Assembly (NCBI RefSeq): GCF_000195855.1
Contig: NC_002677.1
Location: 1,830,001-1,862,000, forward strand
Origin: Mycobacterium leprae TN
GTDB lineage: Bacteria > Actinomycetota > Actinomycetes > Mycobacteriales > Mycobacteriaceae
Reading direction: 5' to 3'
DNA: 32,000 nt
The position numbers were made by a program, and so were the translations under genes. Below are positions 1 through 12,549 of this stretch, one piece after another (position 1 is the stretch's first letter; each line of letters opens with the position of its first letter). A model generated the notes under the pieces. The model was not told where the DNA came from. It saw only the letters and a list, made by a program, of their open reading frames with translations, and did no database searches.

Positions 1-1155
1 AATTCGTCACGCTCCGCCATCAGATCCTCTGCCAACCGTGCGACTTTCTCGACGACTGGCTCACCCGTCATTTTAAGTCACCAGAGTTCCCAAATACCGT
101 ACCGTCGTAATAGGCGTACCTTGAGGCTCTAATGTCATCCAACGACACGGATCTATAGAATCATAGGAAAACACTGTTAGATAAGGTCTTTCGCGGACGC
201 TGATCTCGGCTCTCACCATACGTGGTAAGTACCGTCAATACGGGCAACTTCATCGTCTGTCAATGCACGTTCAGCGAGATCCAACAGATAGCCGAGCCCG
301 CACGCGTCGATAAACAGCACCTGCCCGGATCTATCCAAGCCATACGTTTTGTCCATCGCGAAAACCACAGGAAAACCGGAATCCCGGTGCCGAGAAACAG
401 CTATGCGGGCTTGCTTGATCATTGATAAACATGTTCGCCCTACCGCACGCCATCGTTATTGTCGAGGTTCATCTGTGCTATCCGCCAGGTCTGCTCGGCG
501 CTTTCCCGCCCGTAGATAGCAACATCCGTCGGACTGCCGCCGTGATCACAGATGAACCTCTCGGTCTGCACTAGCACGTCGCCCAAGCCACAGCACAGGT
601 CATACACCCGACCGCTGGATGGTTCGAGAATCTTGACAATTACCGTCACAACACTGGATGGAACGAAGAATTCGCCGCTACGCCATCCTTACTGTGTGAG
701 CTAATTTCCCAAAAAGTTACTTGTCCATCTCCCCCATCAGGCCACGCGCGACACCTGCCATGCAGGCTGAACCGTACACTGCCAAGCAACTCGACCAACT
801 CACCCAGCCCAGGCTGGTCAACGGTCGTATATATCTGCGAAAAAGTACCAACCAGCTCCGGATTAGCCGTCACTATAGCGTCCATTGCCTCATCGATGAG
901 CTGGCCGATGTTCTTGTCTTTTGTGTTGTACGCCAAAAATTTCCAGTGCTCGGATGACGGCACAGCAAACACGTCTTCGGCTCGTTCGTCATCAGCGAAA
1001 GAAATGTATTTGAAAAATACCAAAATAAGGATTACACACTTGTATTAGTTGGCAGGTAGCGACACACGCAACTTGTCCACGGCCTTCCAAAGCGCGTCAT
1101 TGATTTCTTGTACCGTCGACGGTGCCTCCGGATCGTGTTTCTTGCCTGGAGCCAT
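1..1155 (-). pseudogene. hsdM: Type I restriction-modification methyltransferase subunit (HsdM) pseudogene, truncated by window edge
   Basis: Minus-strand fragments in different frames read in HsdM order: 'MAPGKKHDPEAPSTVQEINDALWKAVDKLR' (from 1155), 'LVFFKYISFADDERAED...IGQLIDEAMDAI...LGELVELLGSVRF', 'VYDLCCGLGDVLVQTERFICDHGG', 'LDRSGQVLFIDACGLG...ERALTDDEVARI'. In-frame stops and frameshifts throughout. Confidence 0.85.
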
Positions 1156-1214
1156 CCAGCGAGTTCCTTTCTATCTTGCTTCGCAGATTAGTTGCATTCA
1201 ATTGCGCGTAACTT

Positions 1215-2410
1215 GCCAGCCAAATCGCTCCGTCGGGACACAGTGACACCATCCCAGCTAGGACGCCCATCTACTCCAGCTCGCTGGCTAGCGCCGTGTT
1301 AACCCAACTACCCAGTACTTGGTTGGCATGCTGGTCATCAAAGAACACACCCATGACACGCAAAAGGGTTGCAGGCTCGGTCGACCGCGAGGTCAACACG
1401 CGCGGCCAACCGGCCGTTTAGCAGCAGCGACCACAAATATATAGCTGTACTGGCGTTTAACCGCTGATGTGTAGATCTCGATGCAGTAGCGAAAGCCGAA
1501 CAGCCACTCCACCCACTGCCAAAAGAAGATCACCGGGTCGAACAGACACAGCAGAGCGGTGCCACGGTCAACGCGTGGCACCGCTTTCGCTGTGTCGCAA
1601 ATATGCCTTGCGCCGACCCCCTGGACAGTGACCGATTCAATCTCACCGGCCGCCACCAGCTCAGCGACACCCAACTTAACCTACTCTCAACCTACCCGGA
1701 AGTAGTCGCGGATGTCGGCTTCAGTACCCATAACTCAGTGCGGTGGCGGTCCGCCGCGTCAACTCACGAACAGCCACGTCGTCAACCTCCCGGGCCCACG
1801 CACTGGCCGGCAACACCCTTTCCACCAAATCCTTAGTGACGAGCTAAACCCACCCAGGTAACTGTGGTGAGCATCCCGAAGGCAAACAGCGGTTCGACAA
1901 CCCACTTAGTGTCGCTGCGATTCTACCAGGAACCCGTTGATGAGCGTGGTGCGGCGGCCAAATGCGCCTCGATCGGCCCTCGGTACTGGGTCAAAGCTCG
2001 CCTATAGCGGCCCACAATGTCGTCAACCGACTGCGGATTGGCCTTGACGATATGACTTGCCCCAGCGGCCATGCCGGTGCTGACACATCCGCCCAGCACA
2101 ACAATGGCCAATCATCGACGGCCATCAGTCCTGCCTCGTGTGCCCAGTACTCCACCAGCAGCAGCACCAAGCGATTACGCTGGACCCCCACGCGGCGCGG
2201 TCCAAAACATCGCGGTTGTACGGCCCAAGTAGGCCAAAAACAGGCGCGTATTGTGCACCCACCGCCAGCAACACCGAATCCAACTGCAGCACCTGGATCC
2301 ACCAGATCAACCGCTTCAAATGCGTACGGTGATTGATCCGGTCGTTTGAGCTCGGCGAAGCCTTGTACCGCGAACGCTACTCGACAGGCCTGTACGGTAG
2401 TAACAGTGCT
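1215..2410 (-). pseudogene. YcaQ-like winged-helix (HTH_42 family) protein pseudogene
   Basis: Fragments 'VTTVQACRVAFAVQGFAELKRPDQ', 'IQVLQLDSVLLAVGAQYAPVFGLLGPYNRDVLDRAAWG', 'VEYWAHEAGLMAVDDWPLL', 'ALLCLFDPVIFFWQWVEWLFGFRYCIEIYTSAVKRQYSY' follow family order but sit in several frames. Confidence 0.7.
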
Positions 2411-2475
2411 CATGCAAACGCGCCGCAACGATACATGTGGGGATAACCCACCCTACTTGCCGCGGAAAACAGCGC

Positions 2476-2973
2476 TCATGAACGATGATAGCTGTGCAAC
2501 CGGTACCGCAGCCCGGAGCAGCTCACCAGCCACTCTCCCGTCACACCCACCCATGTATCGTCGAGCACCGGGGCCAGCACGTCATCGTCCTCATGAAGCA
2601 GGTAGGTGTCTACCTCGGTGACCCCGCAACGGGTCGCCAGCGGCAACGCAAGCCGGTAGATCTGCTCACCGCCAATCACCCACATCTCAGGCTCGGTCTC
2701 GAGATTGGAAATGGTCTCTTCGAGAGAACCGAACACCTCCGCTCCCTCAGCCATAAAGTCAATTTGTCGGCTCAACACGATATTTCGGCGGCCTGGCAGC
2801 GGGCGAACCCCAACCGGCAACGAATCCCAGGTCCGTCGGCCCATCACCACCGGGTGACCCATCGTCAGCTGTTTGAAGCGAGTCAGATCCTCAGGCACTC
2901 GCCATGGCATGCCGCCGTCGCGCCCAATCACACCCGTCGTCGACTGAGCCCAGATCAGGCCCACCACCGTCAT
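2476..2973 (-). CDS. dfrA: Dihydrofolate reductase
   Basis: Intact ORF '[34 protein letters not shown]...[12 protein letters not shown]...[14 protein letters not shown]'. The ATG at 2973 is preceded by AGGAG and is preferred to the upstream GTG at 2982. Confidence 0.96.
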   Translation of the reverse strand: MTVVGLIWAQSTTGVIGRDGGMPWRVPEDLTRFKQLTMGHPVVMGRRTWDSLPVGVRPLPGRRNIVLSRQIDFMAEGAEVFGSLEETISNLETEPEMWVIGGEQIYRLALPLATRCGVTEVDTYLLHEDDDVLAPVLDDTWVGVTGEWLVSCSGLRYRLHSYHRS

Positions 2974-3025
2974 ACGCACCACTCCTCGATCCCAGCCATG
3001 CTGGCACCATCATCGTCGGCGCGCG

Positions 3026-3826
3026 TCATATCGCGACTGGGGCTTTGATCGCCGGGTGCGGATCATAATTCGTGACGACGACGTCCTCGTAGACATAGTC
3101 GAAGATAGAATCACGCTGCGCTAAAAAGAGTTCTGGATATGCTCGGGGTTCGCGGCTGAGCTGCAGCTGTACCTGCTCGACATGGTTGTCGTAGATGTGG
3201 CAATCACCGCCCGTCCAGACGAACTCACCAACCAAAAGACCGGACTGGGCGGCCATCATGTGGGTCAGAAGCGCGTAACTGGCGATGTTGAACGGCACAC
3301 CAAGGAACATGTCGGCGCTGCGCTGGTACAGCTGGCAACTCAGCCGGCCTTGAGCGACGTAGAATTGGAAAAACGCGTGACATGGTGGCAGCGCCATCTG
3401 CGGGATTTCACCGACATTCCAAGCCGACACAATGATGCGCCGAGAATCCGGTTCGGTACGCAGCAAATCCAGTGCGGTGCTGATTTGGTCGATGTAATCA
3501 CCCGAAGAGGTCGGCCAAGATCGCCACTGCACACCATAAATCGGCCCGAGGTCGCCTGTGCTGCTAGCCCACTCATCCCAGATATTAACTCCATGCTCAT
3601 GCAACCAGGCGACGTTGGAGTCGCCGCGCAAGAACCACAACAACTCGTAGACAACCGATTTGAAGTGCACCTTTTTCGTCGTAACTAGCGGGAACCCAAC
3701 CGACAGGTCGTAACGCAACTGCTGACCAAACAGACTGCGAGTCCCGGTGCCGGTGCGGTCCATTTTGGCTACGCCGCAGTCAAGCACGAGACGCAGCAAA
3801 TCCTCGTATGGCGTCGCTATCAGCAC
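3026..3826 (-). CDS. thyA: Thymidylate synthase
   Basis: Intact 266 aa ORF with '[19 protein letters not shown]', '[12 protein letters not shown]', '[25 protein letters not shown]', 'GDCHIYDNH'. Starts GTG and lies 52 nt upstream of dfrA. Confidence 0.98.
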
Positions 3827-3932
3827 GCAGCCAGTTTAGCGGCGGTCGCAAGCACAGCGAAGCCAGGCGCGGCGGATCGACGCCAACAAGCCAATGAATT
3901 TACGCCGCGCCACGAAGAGTAGAACAGAGAAC

Positions 3933-4665
3933 ATGCCGAACCGCACCGACAGTCTCACTACGTCCGACAGCCGTTACCCCTCCCAGTTGATCATCCCCGA
4001 AGAGACGGGCCCTGGCCCAGCGTGGTCGTGTACCCCGACGCCAGCAGCGTACGCAACATTTTACTAGAGGGCGACGAAGCTGGCCGGGTTCGGCTACGCA
4101 GTGCTGCTGCCCGACGTGTACTACCACCATGCACCACGGCGACTGGGCCCCGATCAACATTGCAGCAGCATTCCGCGACGCGAAAGAACGCAAACGGGTA
4201 ACGGACATGATGGAAAGCGTCACATTGGAGACGATGGCCAGCGACGCCGGCGCCTTCTTCGACTATATTCACTGCTTGCCCCGGGGTAACCGGGGAGCAG
4301 TTCGACGTATACGGCTATTGAATGGGGTGGGCGAATTTCAGTGGTGATAGCGGGGCAACAACCAGACCGCGTTGCCTGCCGCCTTCCTTCCACAGTGACA
4401 GCCTGGTGGCCAACACCACGGACAGACCTACACTTGCTGACCAACCGGATGAGGGCGACGGCCTACGTGGACGGTACCGAAGAATAATATGCGTTCACCC
4501 CGAACCACGCCACACAACTCTACAAAGCGCTGACGGCGGCCAGCGTTACCCAACACTATGGCCCGATGATACTCGGGGGTCTGCGGGTTCATAGTAGCAG
4601 ACCACTCACCGTATGATGCCGCCGCACGGCACTGGACAGCAATGACCGATCTATTCGGCTTGGGG
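3933..4665 (+). pseudogene. Dienelactone hydrolase family pseudogene (Rv2765-like)
   Basis: 'MPNRTDSLTTSD', then in other frames 'LAGFGYAVLLPDVYY', 'HHGDWAPINIAAAFRDAKERKRVTDMMESVTLETMASDAGAFFDYIH', and C-terminal 'YDAAARHWTAMTDLFG'. Multiple frameshifts. Confidence 0.8.
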
Positions 4666-4869
4666 TGTTACCGCGTTAAAGCTAGCGGTGCCGCGGAGGC
4701 ATCGTCAGTGCACAGTAACCGACCGGCGCTAAATAGATCACAAAACCGAAAGGTCCACCAATTCGGCCAGTCGGGACCGACAACGGTAGACAACGCCAAA
4801 GACCAACTGGCCGCTCTTGGCCCAATTCAGGTTGGGTGCGCCGGAATACTCTAACGCCATTCCAGTGTT

Positions 4870-5752
4870 GTCGTGAGGCTGTACGCGCTCATCCACGACA
4901 TGAACAGAGGGAGCCTACGCGACGGTCGTGTTTGCATCGTCTCTGGCGCACGTATCGGCGGTGTAGCGGACAGCGACCGTAGCACCCCTGTACCGACCAC
5001 AAACCACAGATCCGCGAGATGGTGCTTGATCGCCTGATATTGAGCCGATCGTACAGCCTAATTGCTTGCACTGCCTGGCGTAAGCCAATACGGTGTCAAA
5101 CACCACTGCGCGACCCCAAGTTGCTCGGGGATTAGCAACGCCGCCCCGATCTCTAGAGCTGCCGACACGACCGCATACCCCCTGCCTACCCACGACAATG
5201 CCGCCGCCGAGAACCAAACGTCGGCAAGAAGTCTGGTCATACCCAGGGCTAGCACCGGATGAAACATCAGTTTTCACGGGCGGCCGCGACACTACGGACG
5301 GACCCAGTCAGACCATCGGAGGGCCAATACTGACCTCGGCGACCGAATCTCCCGGCGCGGTGCACAGCGGCACCACCAGCGCCGTGGTGACCGTACCCTG
5401 AGCCAGCGCCGACACGGTTTCGGTGTCGCCAGCCTGCAATAACACAACGGTGGCGAGCACAGTGCTGGACAATCACGGGACCAGCGTGACGGCCCGACCA
5501 ATCTCCTCCATCACGATCGCGACCTCACGAACATCCGCACCACCGCCACCAAACGACTCAGGCACCAACACCCCAACATCCCAGCTCAACGGCTGCTCTT
5601 CGCCAAACTTCTGACAGAACTGCAGAACAAAGGAATCCGAGTCATATGTGCGAATGATCGATTCCGGTGGACACTTTTCTACGAACAAAGCTACGCACGT
5701 TGTTGCGCAATGATTCCTAGATGTCCGAGTACAGCAGGTCGCCCATGCTCAT
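4870..5752 (-). pseudogene. Acyl-CoA dehydrogenase pseudogene (second of a tandem pair)
   Basis: 'MSMGDLLYSDI*', 'FGEEQPLSWDVGVLVPESFGGGGADVREVAIVMEEIGRAV', 'AALLIPEQLGVAQWCL', 'TVLAYARQCKQLGCTIGS' in different frames. Confidence 0.75.
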
Positions 5753-5776
5753 CTATCTAGATCCTTCCATGTCACT

Positions 5777-6953
5777 TCATTTGTCGACACGATATTCGTC
5801 GGGCAATCCGAGAATCCGCTTGGCGAGCGTATTGTGCAAGATTTCCGAAGTGCCACCCTATAATCGAGTTGCTGCGTGCGCACAGGTAGCGGTAACCGGA
5901 CTCACACCCGATCAGGTCGATAATTTCTGATCGGCGCATGATCCAATCGTCGTAATTCAGTCCGGATTCGGCATGCAGATCGAGCTCAAAAACCGAGGTA
6001 GTTTACACCAGAAAAGCTTCTAAAGTATACTTTGACGCAGGAACCTTCAGGTCCGGGCTTACCCTTCTGAATACTTTTGTCCCACTACTACAACCGTTAA
6101 CCCGCCAGCCAAAGAACCTCTGCTTCGACCCACAGTAGCATTAGCGCGTTGCGCATCGCAGGGTTACTCAGGCCCCCAACTGGTCTCGTCAAGGTGCGGT
6201 GACCTTGCCGATATTACCGTCTTACAGAGGTACGCCGGAGCGAGAGCCGATCGTGACGCGCTCCGTTGTTGAGCGCGGTAGTCGCAACCCGCTAGCCGCC
6301 GCCCTACAGGCCGAACCAAGTCGCATCAGGCACCCGGACGTCGGTGGAGAATACTTTCGTTGAACTCCGCCTCACCAGTGGTCTGGCGCAGCGACCGAAT
6401 TTCTCCTCTCAGTTGCGTAACGTCGCACAGAAAATAAGTCAAAACAGCGTATTTAGGCTACCGTCGGACCGGTGCGCGGAACCAGGATAGTCTTTTAGCG
6501 TGCCACGCCATCAACGTCCATATCTTTTGCTCATTGACGATCCAGTCATCGGAGTGATAGCACGGCTCGCACACTGCGGGTCACCACCGCCACCAAGTCC
6601 GATCCCACACCTGGATCATTGAGCAGTTGGCAATACCAACGAATAACGGAAGCAGGAACTTTTGCTTCTATTCATCGATCCCAAACTGGGCAATGGTCGA
6701 CGCCGCTACACCAATCCCGATACAGTTCTTTCCACCGCCCGCCGAGGGCGCTGCCGTCAACGACCAACTGGACATCAACCTGCTCCTGAGTGGCCTGCAG
6801 AAGAACCAGCCCACCGTTGCTTGGTAGAAAGTGAACCCAGTCCAGCTCCAGATCGAACCACGCACCAAGGAAATCGCACAGTTCGTTGATGGCAGGGTTG
6901 TGCTCCTCGAGGAGCAACTTCATCCACGCATCTAGGTCGACGGCAATACTCAT
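5777..6953 (-). pseudogene. Acyl-CoA dehydrogenase pseudogene (first of a tandem pair)
   Basis: 'MSIAVDLDAWMKLLLEEHNP', 'NCIGIGVAASTIAQFGIDE', and C-terminus 'NSTIIGGTSEILHNTLAKRILGLPDEYRVDK*', in mixed frames. Confidence 0.75.
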
Positions 6954-7703
6954 TGCTTGGCTCGCGGCTGAACGCGGAATCCCTGATACATTGCCGAGCA
7001 ATAGACCACCGTCTCGCCGATGATCTAACTAAACGTGTCCCGAAATGAGAAAGAAAACTGGACCCGGCACACCAACTCTTCCGAACGTGATGATCGCCAC
7101 AAGTGAATTTTCGTGGTCTTTCCAGATGGCCTAAGCCAGCCTAGTACGAACGACGCCGGGGCAGACCAAAGTGACTCGAATAGCTGACGAACGTTCCAGC
7201 GCAATTGCTTGGTGACACAGATAAGCGCCTCCTTGGTGCATTGCACATACCCATCACTGGCGATGGGTATGTGCCGCCGACGGAGCCGGTAGTGACCACC
7301 ACGCAGCCATGCTCACCCATCCATGCTTTCACGACGAGTGAGGGCCACAGCAGCGGAGTCCACAAGTTGACATCGAAATCTTAGCGAAGCAAGCGTGGTC
7401 CTGCTCGACCAGCGGACCATACCCAGGGATTGATTCCCACGTTGTTGACCAAGATGCCCACATCGCCGAAGCTCCAGCACGCGCTCGACGCAATGTCACG
7501 CAGCATCTCCTCGTCGACCGCGTGAACGCCAACGCCCCATCACCGACTTGTGATGCGGCCGCCTCCGCTGCCTCTTGCTTGCGGACGGTGAACATCCACA
7601 TTGGCCGCCGACAGCCGCGAACTGTTGGACGATCACCAGCCCGATGCCGCGCGGACACTCCGGTAATTATGACTGTCCGACCGGTCAGATCCAGGCAGGT
7701 CAT
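6950..7703 (-). pseudogene. Short-chain dehydrogenase/reductase pseudogene (Rv2766c-like)
   Basis: 'MTCLDLTGRTVIITG', 'QEAAEAAASQVGDGALAF', 'GYGPLVEQDHACFAKI', 'VVKAWMGEHG', 'YPSPVMGMCNA', 'MQCTKEALICVTKQL', 'LLGNVSGIPRSAASQ' in order with frameshifts. The apparent stop overlaps the next ATG (ATGA). Confidence 0.85.
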
Positions 7704-7819
7704 TTGATATGCTTTCTGTTAATTTGATGCCGAATCTCGTCAGCGGAGGGCACCGGTTGCACCCCGGTCTCTCGTTCCATGTTTTTCAGCCGCCTATATA
7801 GGGTAAACAGCCATAATGT

Positions 7820-8110
7820 TTAGTTAGTCAGATTAACTCTGATAAAACAACTGACAAGAACCGAGGTTGTTACTGCGGCGATGGCCGTCCACAGCCTCAG
7901 TCGAGGTTTTTGCGGCTGGCCCAGCAACGACCTACCATTACCAAGGCCATTCATTTTGTCCCTACGGACGACCCGGGCGGAGGTGACTGCGACAACACCA
8001 ACTGCGGCTCCGGAGGCCAAAACGGAGACCCCGGCGGCGGAGGCCGGAGCCATATCGACGACAGCCGCCGGGGTGGCCAATGCTTCAGGCTGTGTAGTCA
8101 GGAATGACAT
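7820..8110 (-). pseudogene. PE-family N-terminal remnant (PE27-like by position)
   Basis: 'MSFLTTQPEALATPAA...' matches the PE signature 'MSFVTTQPEALAAAA', but the rest of the PE domain is not continuous. Confidence 0.6.
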
Positions 8111-8519
8111 TCCGTGCTCATCGTGTGAGACATGCCAACCAGTAAAGATACTTAGTTCGTATGTACGGCCAGCTTTGTCAGATATATTTCCTGGTCATAC
8201 CTTGTGCGTCCCAAAAAGGCTAACGACCCGCAGCGACGTAACCCCACCACCGACAGACTCCGATAAAGGTGTTTTTACGGGTTCTTAACACATGTTCCCA
8301 GCAGATTTAACACGGCCTTATCGGATTAGGCTATCTAATGTCAAGCAACCACACAGGAACGAGTCATAGGCCGCGCGGTTCTTAGGTGTAGGTGCAATCG
8401 CCTGCACCGGTGCGCAGTGTTAAGCGCGCCAATGCAGCTTTCACTTTTAGAAACTATTTGTCCGAATGTGCCCGCAGCCGGACGATCCGTGCTGTTGCGG
8501 TAGCCGACCCGCTCACCGC

Positions 8520-9950
8520 CTGACCAGACCCACACCAACCTGCCTGCGGCAGCTTGCCCGTGAACAGTTTGCTATCGGCATTACGCGGCGACGCGTTGTC
8601 CACTACAACGACATATTGCGGCGCCTTTAAAGTCGCGCAAGCTACCCCCGACAGTTGTCAAGAACCACCATCACGGTCACGTCAATCTGTTCTGTACCGC
8701 GAAACAGCTCCGTTCTATACATTCTCCCCCATGAGGTGGTCAGGCACCGCCAACACACGGGAGTCCGCAACATGCGGATTCGCCAGCAACACCTCCCAGA
8801 CCTCGATGCTGGAGAGGTTTTCGCCGCCCCGGTTGATGACATCCTTAAAACGATATGATATCGTACACCCGACCTAAGTAGTTAACCCGAGCCATGTCGT
8901 CGGTGTGTAACCCACCCGTCCTCGATGCAGATCGAGGTGGCCTGAGTCCGGTTCCAGTAGTCTGGTCGTCAGATTTCGCCGCACACTACACCAACCCGGC
9001 CACACCCGTGTTGTGACCGTCAGAGACCACACCAAGATCCACCGAGGGGACCCGCAACCCCACCGAATCGGTATACCCCACAGCATCCTAGTCAGGCAGG
9101 GCGGTCATCAGCGCAGCAGTCTCGATCATCCCGTATCCGTTGAACACCGTGTCCTACGGTAAAACGCTTTTCACCCGATGCACGAGAGACGGGGCGACGA
9201 TGCCCCATCATAGACTAACCAGCACACACCGGAGACGTCTACGGCCGCAAAACCTTTGTGTCGTTTCGCAACAAGAACAATTAGACCATGGGGACGGTAA
9301 CCAATGAACGAAATGTGCTCTGCAGGCAGTGCTGCGATCAACCCGTCGATCATCGATACGAGCATGATCACCGCCCTCCAAGATTCGCTGCCACCAACAG
9401 CTGCGAGTTGCAGCCGGTCACGTGGAACAACGGCACCAAGATCAACGTACGCAGCTCCTCACCGAGATCCCTTGACTGACAGAGACATCGGATCGTGTTC
9501 TCGGTATTGGTCAGGAAAGCCACGTGGGTGGTCAACACCCCTTTGAGGTGGACCGGTAGTACCCGAGTTGTAGAACAGCGCAGCGGCGTCTGTGTGGCGA
9601 AAATGATGAGTCACGTACGGTTGGCTGTCGGGTAACGCGGTCTCCCGTACCAGCTCCACCCGGGCACCTGCGTAGGACAAGATAAACTCGACTTAAGGCT
9701 GCACCGATCGAGTATTGACCGGTACCGCAACGCCGACGGCCATCACGGTGCCCCAAAACGCCAGCACCTAAGGCGACTCGTGGAGCACGCTGCCACAATT
9801 GCCGGTAGATCATTTGGTCACCACCCCAGCTCAACTATGGCATCACCGTTTGGGCGGTTGTCGACCTGCTCGGCAAACATGTTCAGCAGCTTGGCGGGCA
9901 AGCAATCGCAGTACGGGATGAGTGTTGCGGTCGCGGGAAACTCACGTCAC
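8520..9950 (-). pseudogene. AMP-dependent acyl-CoA synthetase/ligase (FadD-type) pseudogene
   Basis: 'MIYRQLWQRAPRVAL', 'DAAALFYNSGTTGPPQRGV' (A3 motif), 'GWV-HTDDMARVNYLGRVYDI', 'RFKDVINRGGENLSSIEVWEVLLANPHVADSRVLAVPDHLMGE', in mixed frames. Confidence 0.85.
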
Positions 9951-10010
9951 CGCAAACGGATTGCTGCCACGGGAGATGTCAATAGCAGCAGGCATGCCCG
10001 CTCCTTCCGG

Positions 10011-10466
10011 TCATTCCATTAGCATCGCGGCAAGCGTGCCACCCAATTCGTGGGCTCGTTCGCACACCATGGCATCGACAGGACCGACGACCTCCAGGAC
10101 GTCTGCAGCATGAGTCAGCGACAACCCGGTAGCAAGCTTGCCTACGGCGACCGCGGCGCCGACGGTGTCGTTGTTGCCATGCACCCACAAGCCGTAGGGA
10201 CGTCCCGACACGTGGTCCAGAATCGGGTAGTAAACGGTGTCAAAGAAGTGCTTAAGCGCCCCGGACATGTAGCCGAAGTTGGCGGTGGTGCCAAACAAGT
10301 AGCCGTCGGCGTTAAGCATGTCCGGGATAGTCGCGGCCAGCGCCGGTCGGGAAACCACTTCTACACCGTCGATCTCGGAGTCGTTGGCTCCGGCAAGCAC
10401 TGCCTCCAGCAGCTCGCGGGTAGTCGGCGACGGGGTATGGTGCACCACCAGCAGCGTCTTAGTCAT
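10011..10466 (-). CDS. Flavodoxin-like / NAD(P)H-dependent FMN reductase-like protein (Rv2771c-like)
   Basis: Intact 151 aa ORF 'MTKTLLVVHHTPSPTTRELLEAVLAG...GYLFGTTANFGYMSGALKHFFDTVYYP...GRPYGLWVHGNNDTVGA'. Confidence 0.85.
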   Translation of the reverse strand: MTKTLLVVHHTPSPTTRELLEAVLAGANDSEIDGVEVVSRPALAATIPDMLNADGYLFGTTANFGYMSGALKHFFDTVYYPILDHVSGRPYGLWVHGNNDTVGAAVAVGKLATGLSLTHAADVLEVVGPVDAMVCERAHELGGTLAAMLME

Positions 10467-10473
10467 TGGCAGG

Positions 10474-11743
<1,270 letters not shown>

Positions 11744-12549
11744 TTAGCCTGCCGCGGCAAACCAGTCACAGGCACGGTCCACTTGGTGTTCACTGCAAAA
11801 CAAGAATATAACGGTGCAGCTCGTCGGGTCACAGCGAAAGTACGTCTTTAAACCGACGGAAAACGCCTTTTCCGCTTATCGCGGCCCCGAGTTAGAGTGT
11901 CCACTCGTAGCGATGAAGCGATGAACAACTCCCAATATCCTCCGGTATCCCGCTCACGAGCCTATGCACTCCAAAAATAGAGTCAGCAGCCCTCACCCTC
12001 GTCGAGACTGTCGTCTTTGTAGTCCGAGCCTGCGACCCACAAATAACCGGTCTTGAGGTCGATCCAGCCACCACCCCACACGGGACTTCCTTACAATAAG
12101 AAACGCCAGCTGATCCAGGTCGACTGGCCACAGACGAAGCATTGGCGTAGGGCTTTGGTTGAAGATTGCTACAAGTTGATCGGCCAACTCTTTCGTCCCC
12201 CGCTCAGGTGTACTCGTTTAGCGCAGCCATACACTTATCCGATTAGTCCAGCCGCGTCTGGTACATGCTGGACAACGGTGTCCCGGAGGTCATCACCTGC
12301 GAGCTGAAGGACCTCGTAGGTGAGCAGCTTGCGCCCAGTCTCAACAACAGACCCGTTACCGGTCAGTATCGCTGCACACAGTGCTTTCACGGCGTTTACA
12401 TCCCACGTCCGCTGAACGCAACGGTAATGGAGCAGTCACGCGAGATCACAGAACGAGCTCCACGATCGTATTCGCGGATTTTTCCACAGTTAGCTGTTAA
12501 TTCCACAGAAGCTAGCTGGGACATGGCTCCCGGCGATACATCGAAATAG

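Noticed and set aside
2485-3048. 187-aa + strand ORF antisense to dfrA
   Set aside because: It lies fully opposite the well-supported dfrA and has no recognisable domain. It is a mirror ORF from coding-strand composition.
3182-3688. 168-aa + strand ORF antisense to thyA
   Set aside because: Shadow ORF of thyA with no family features.
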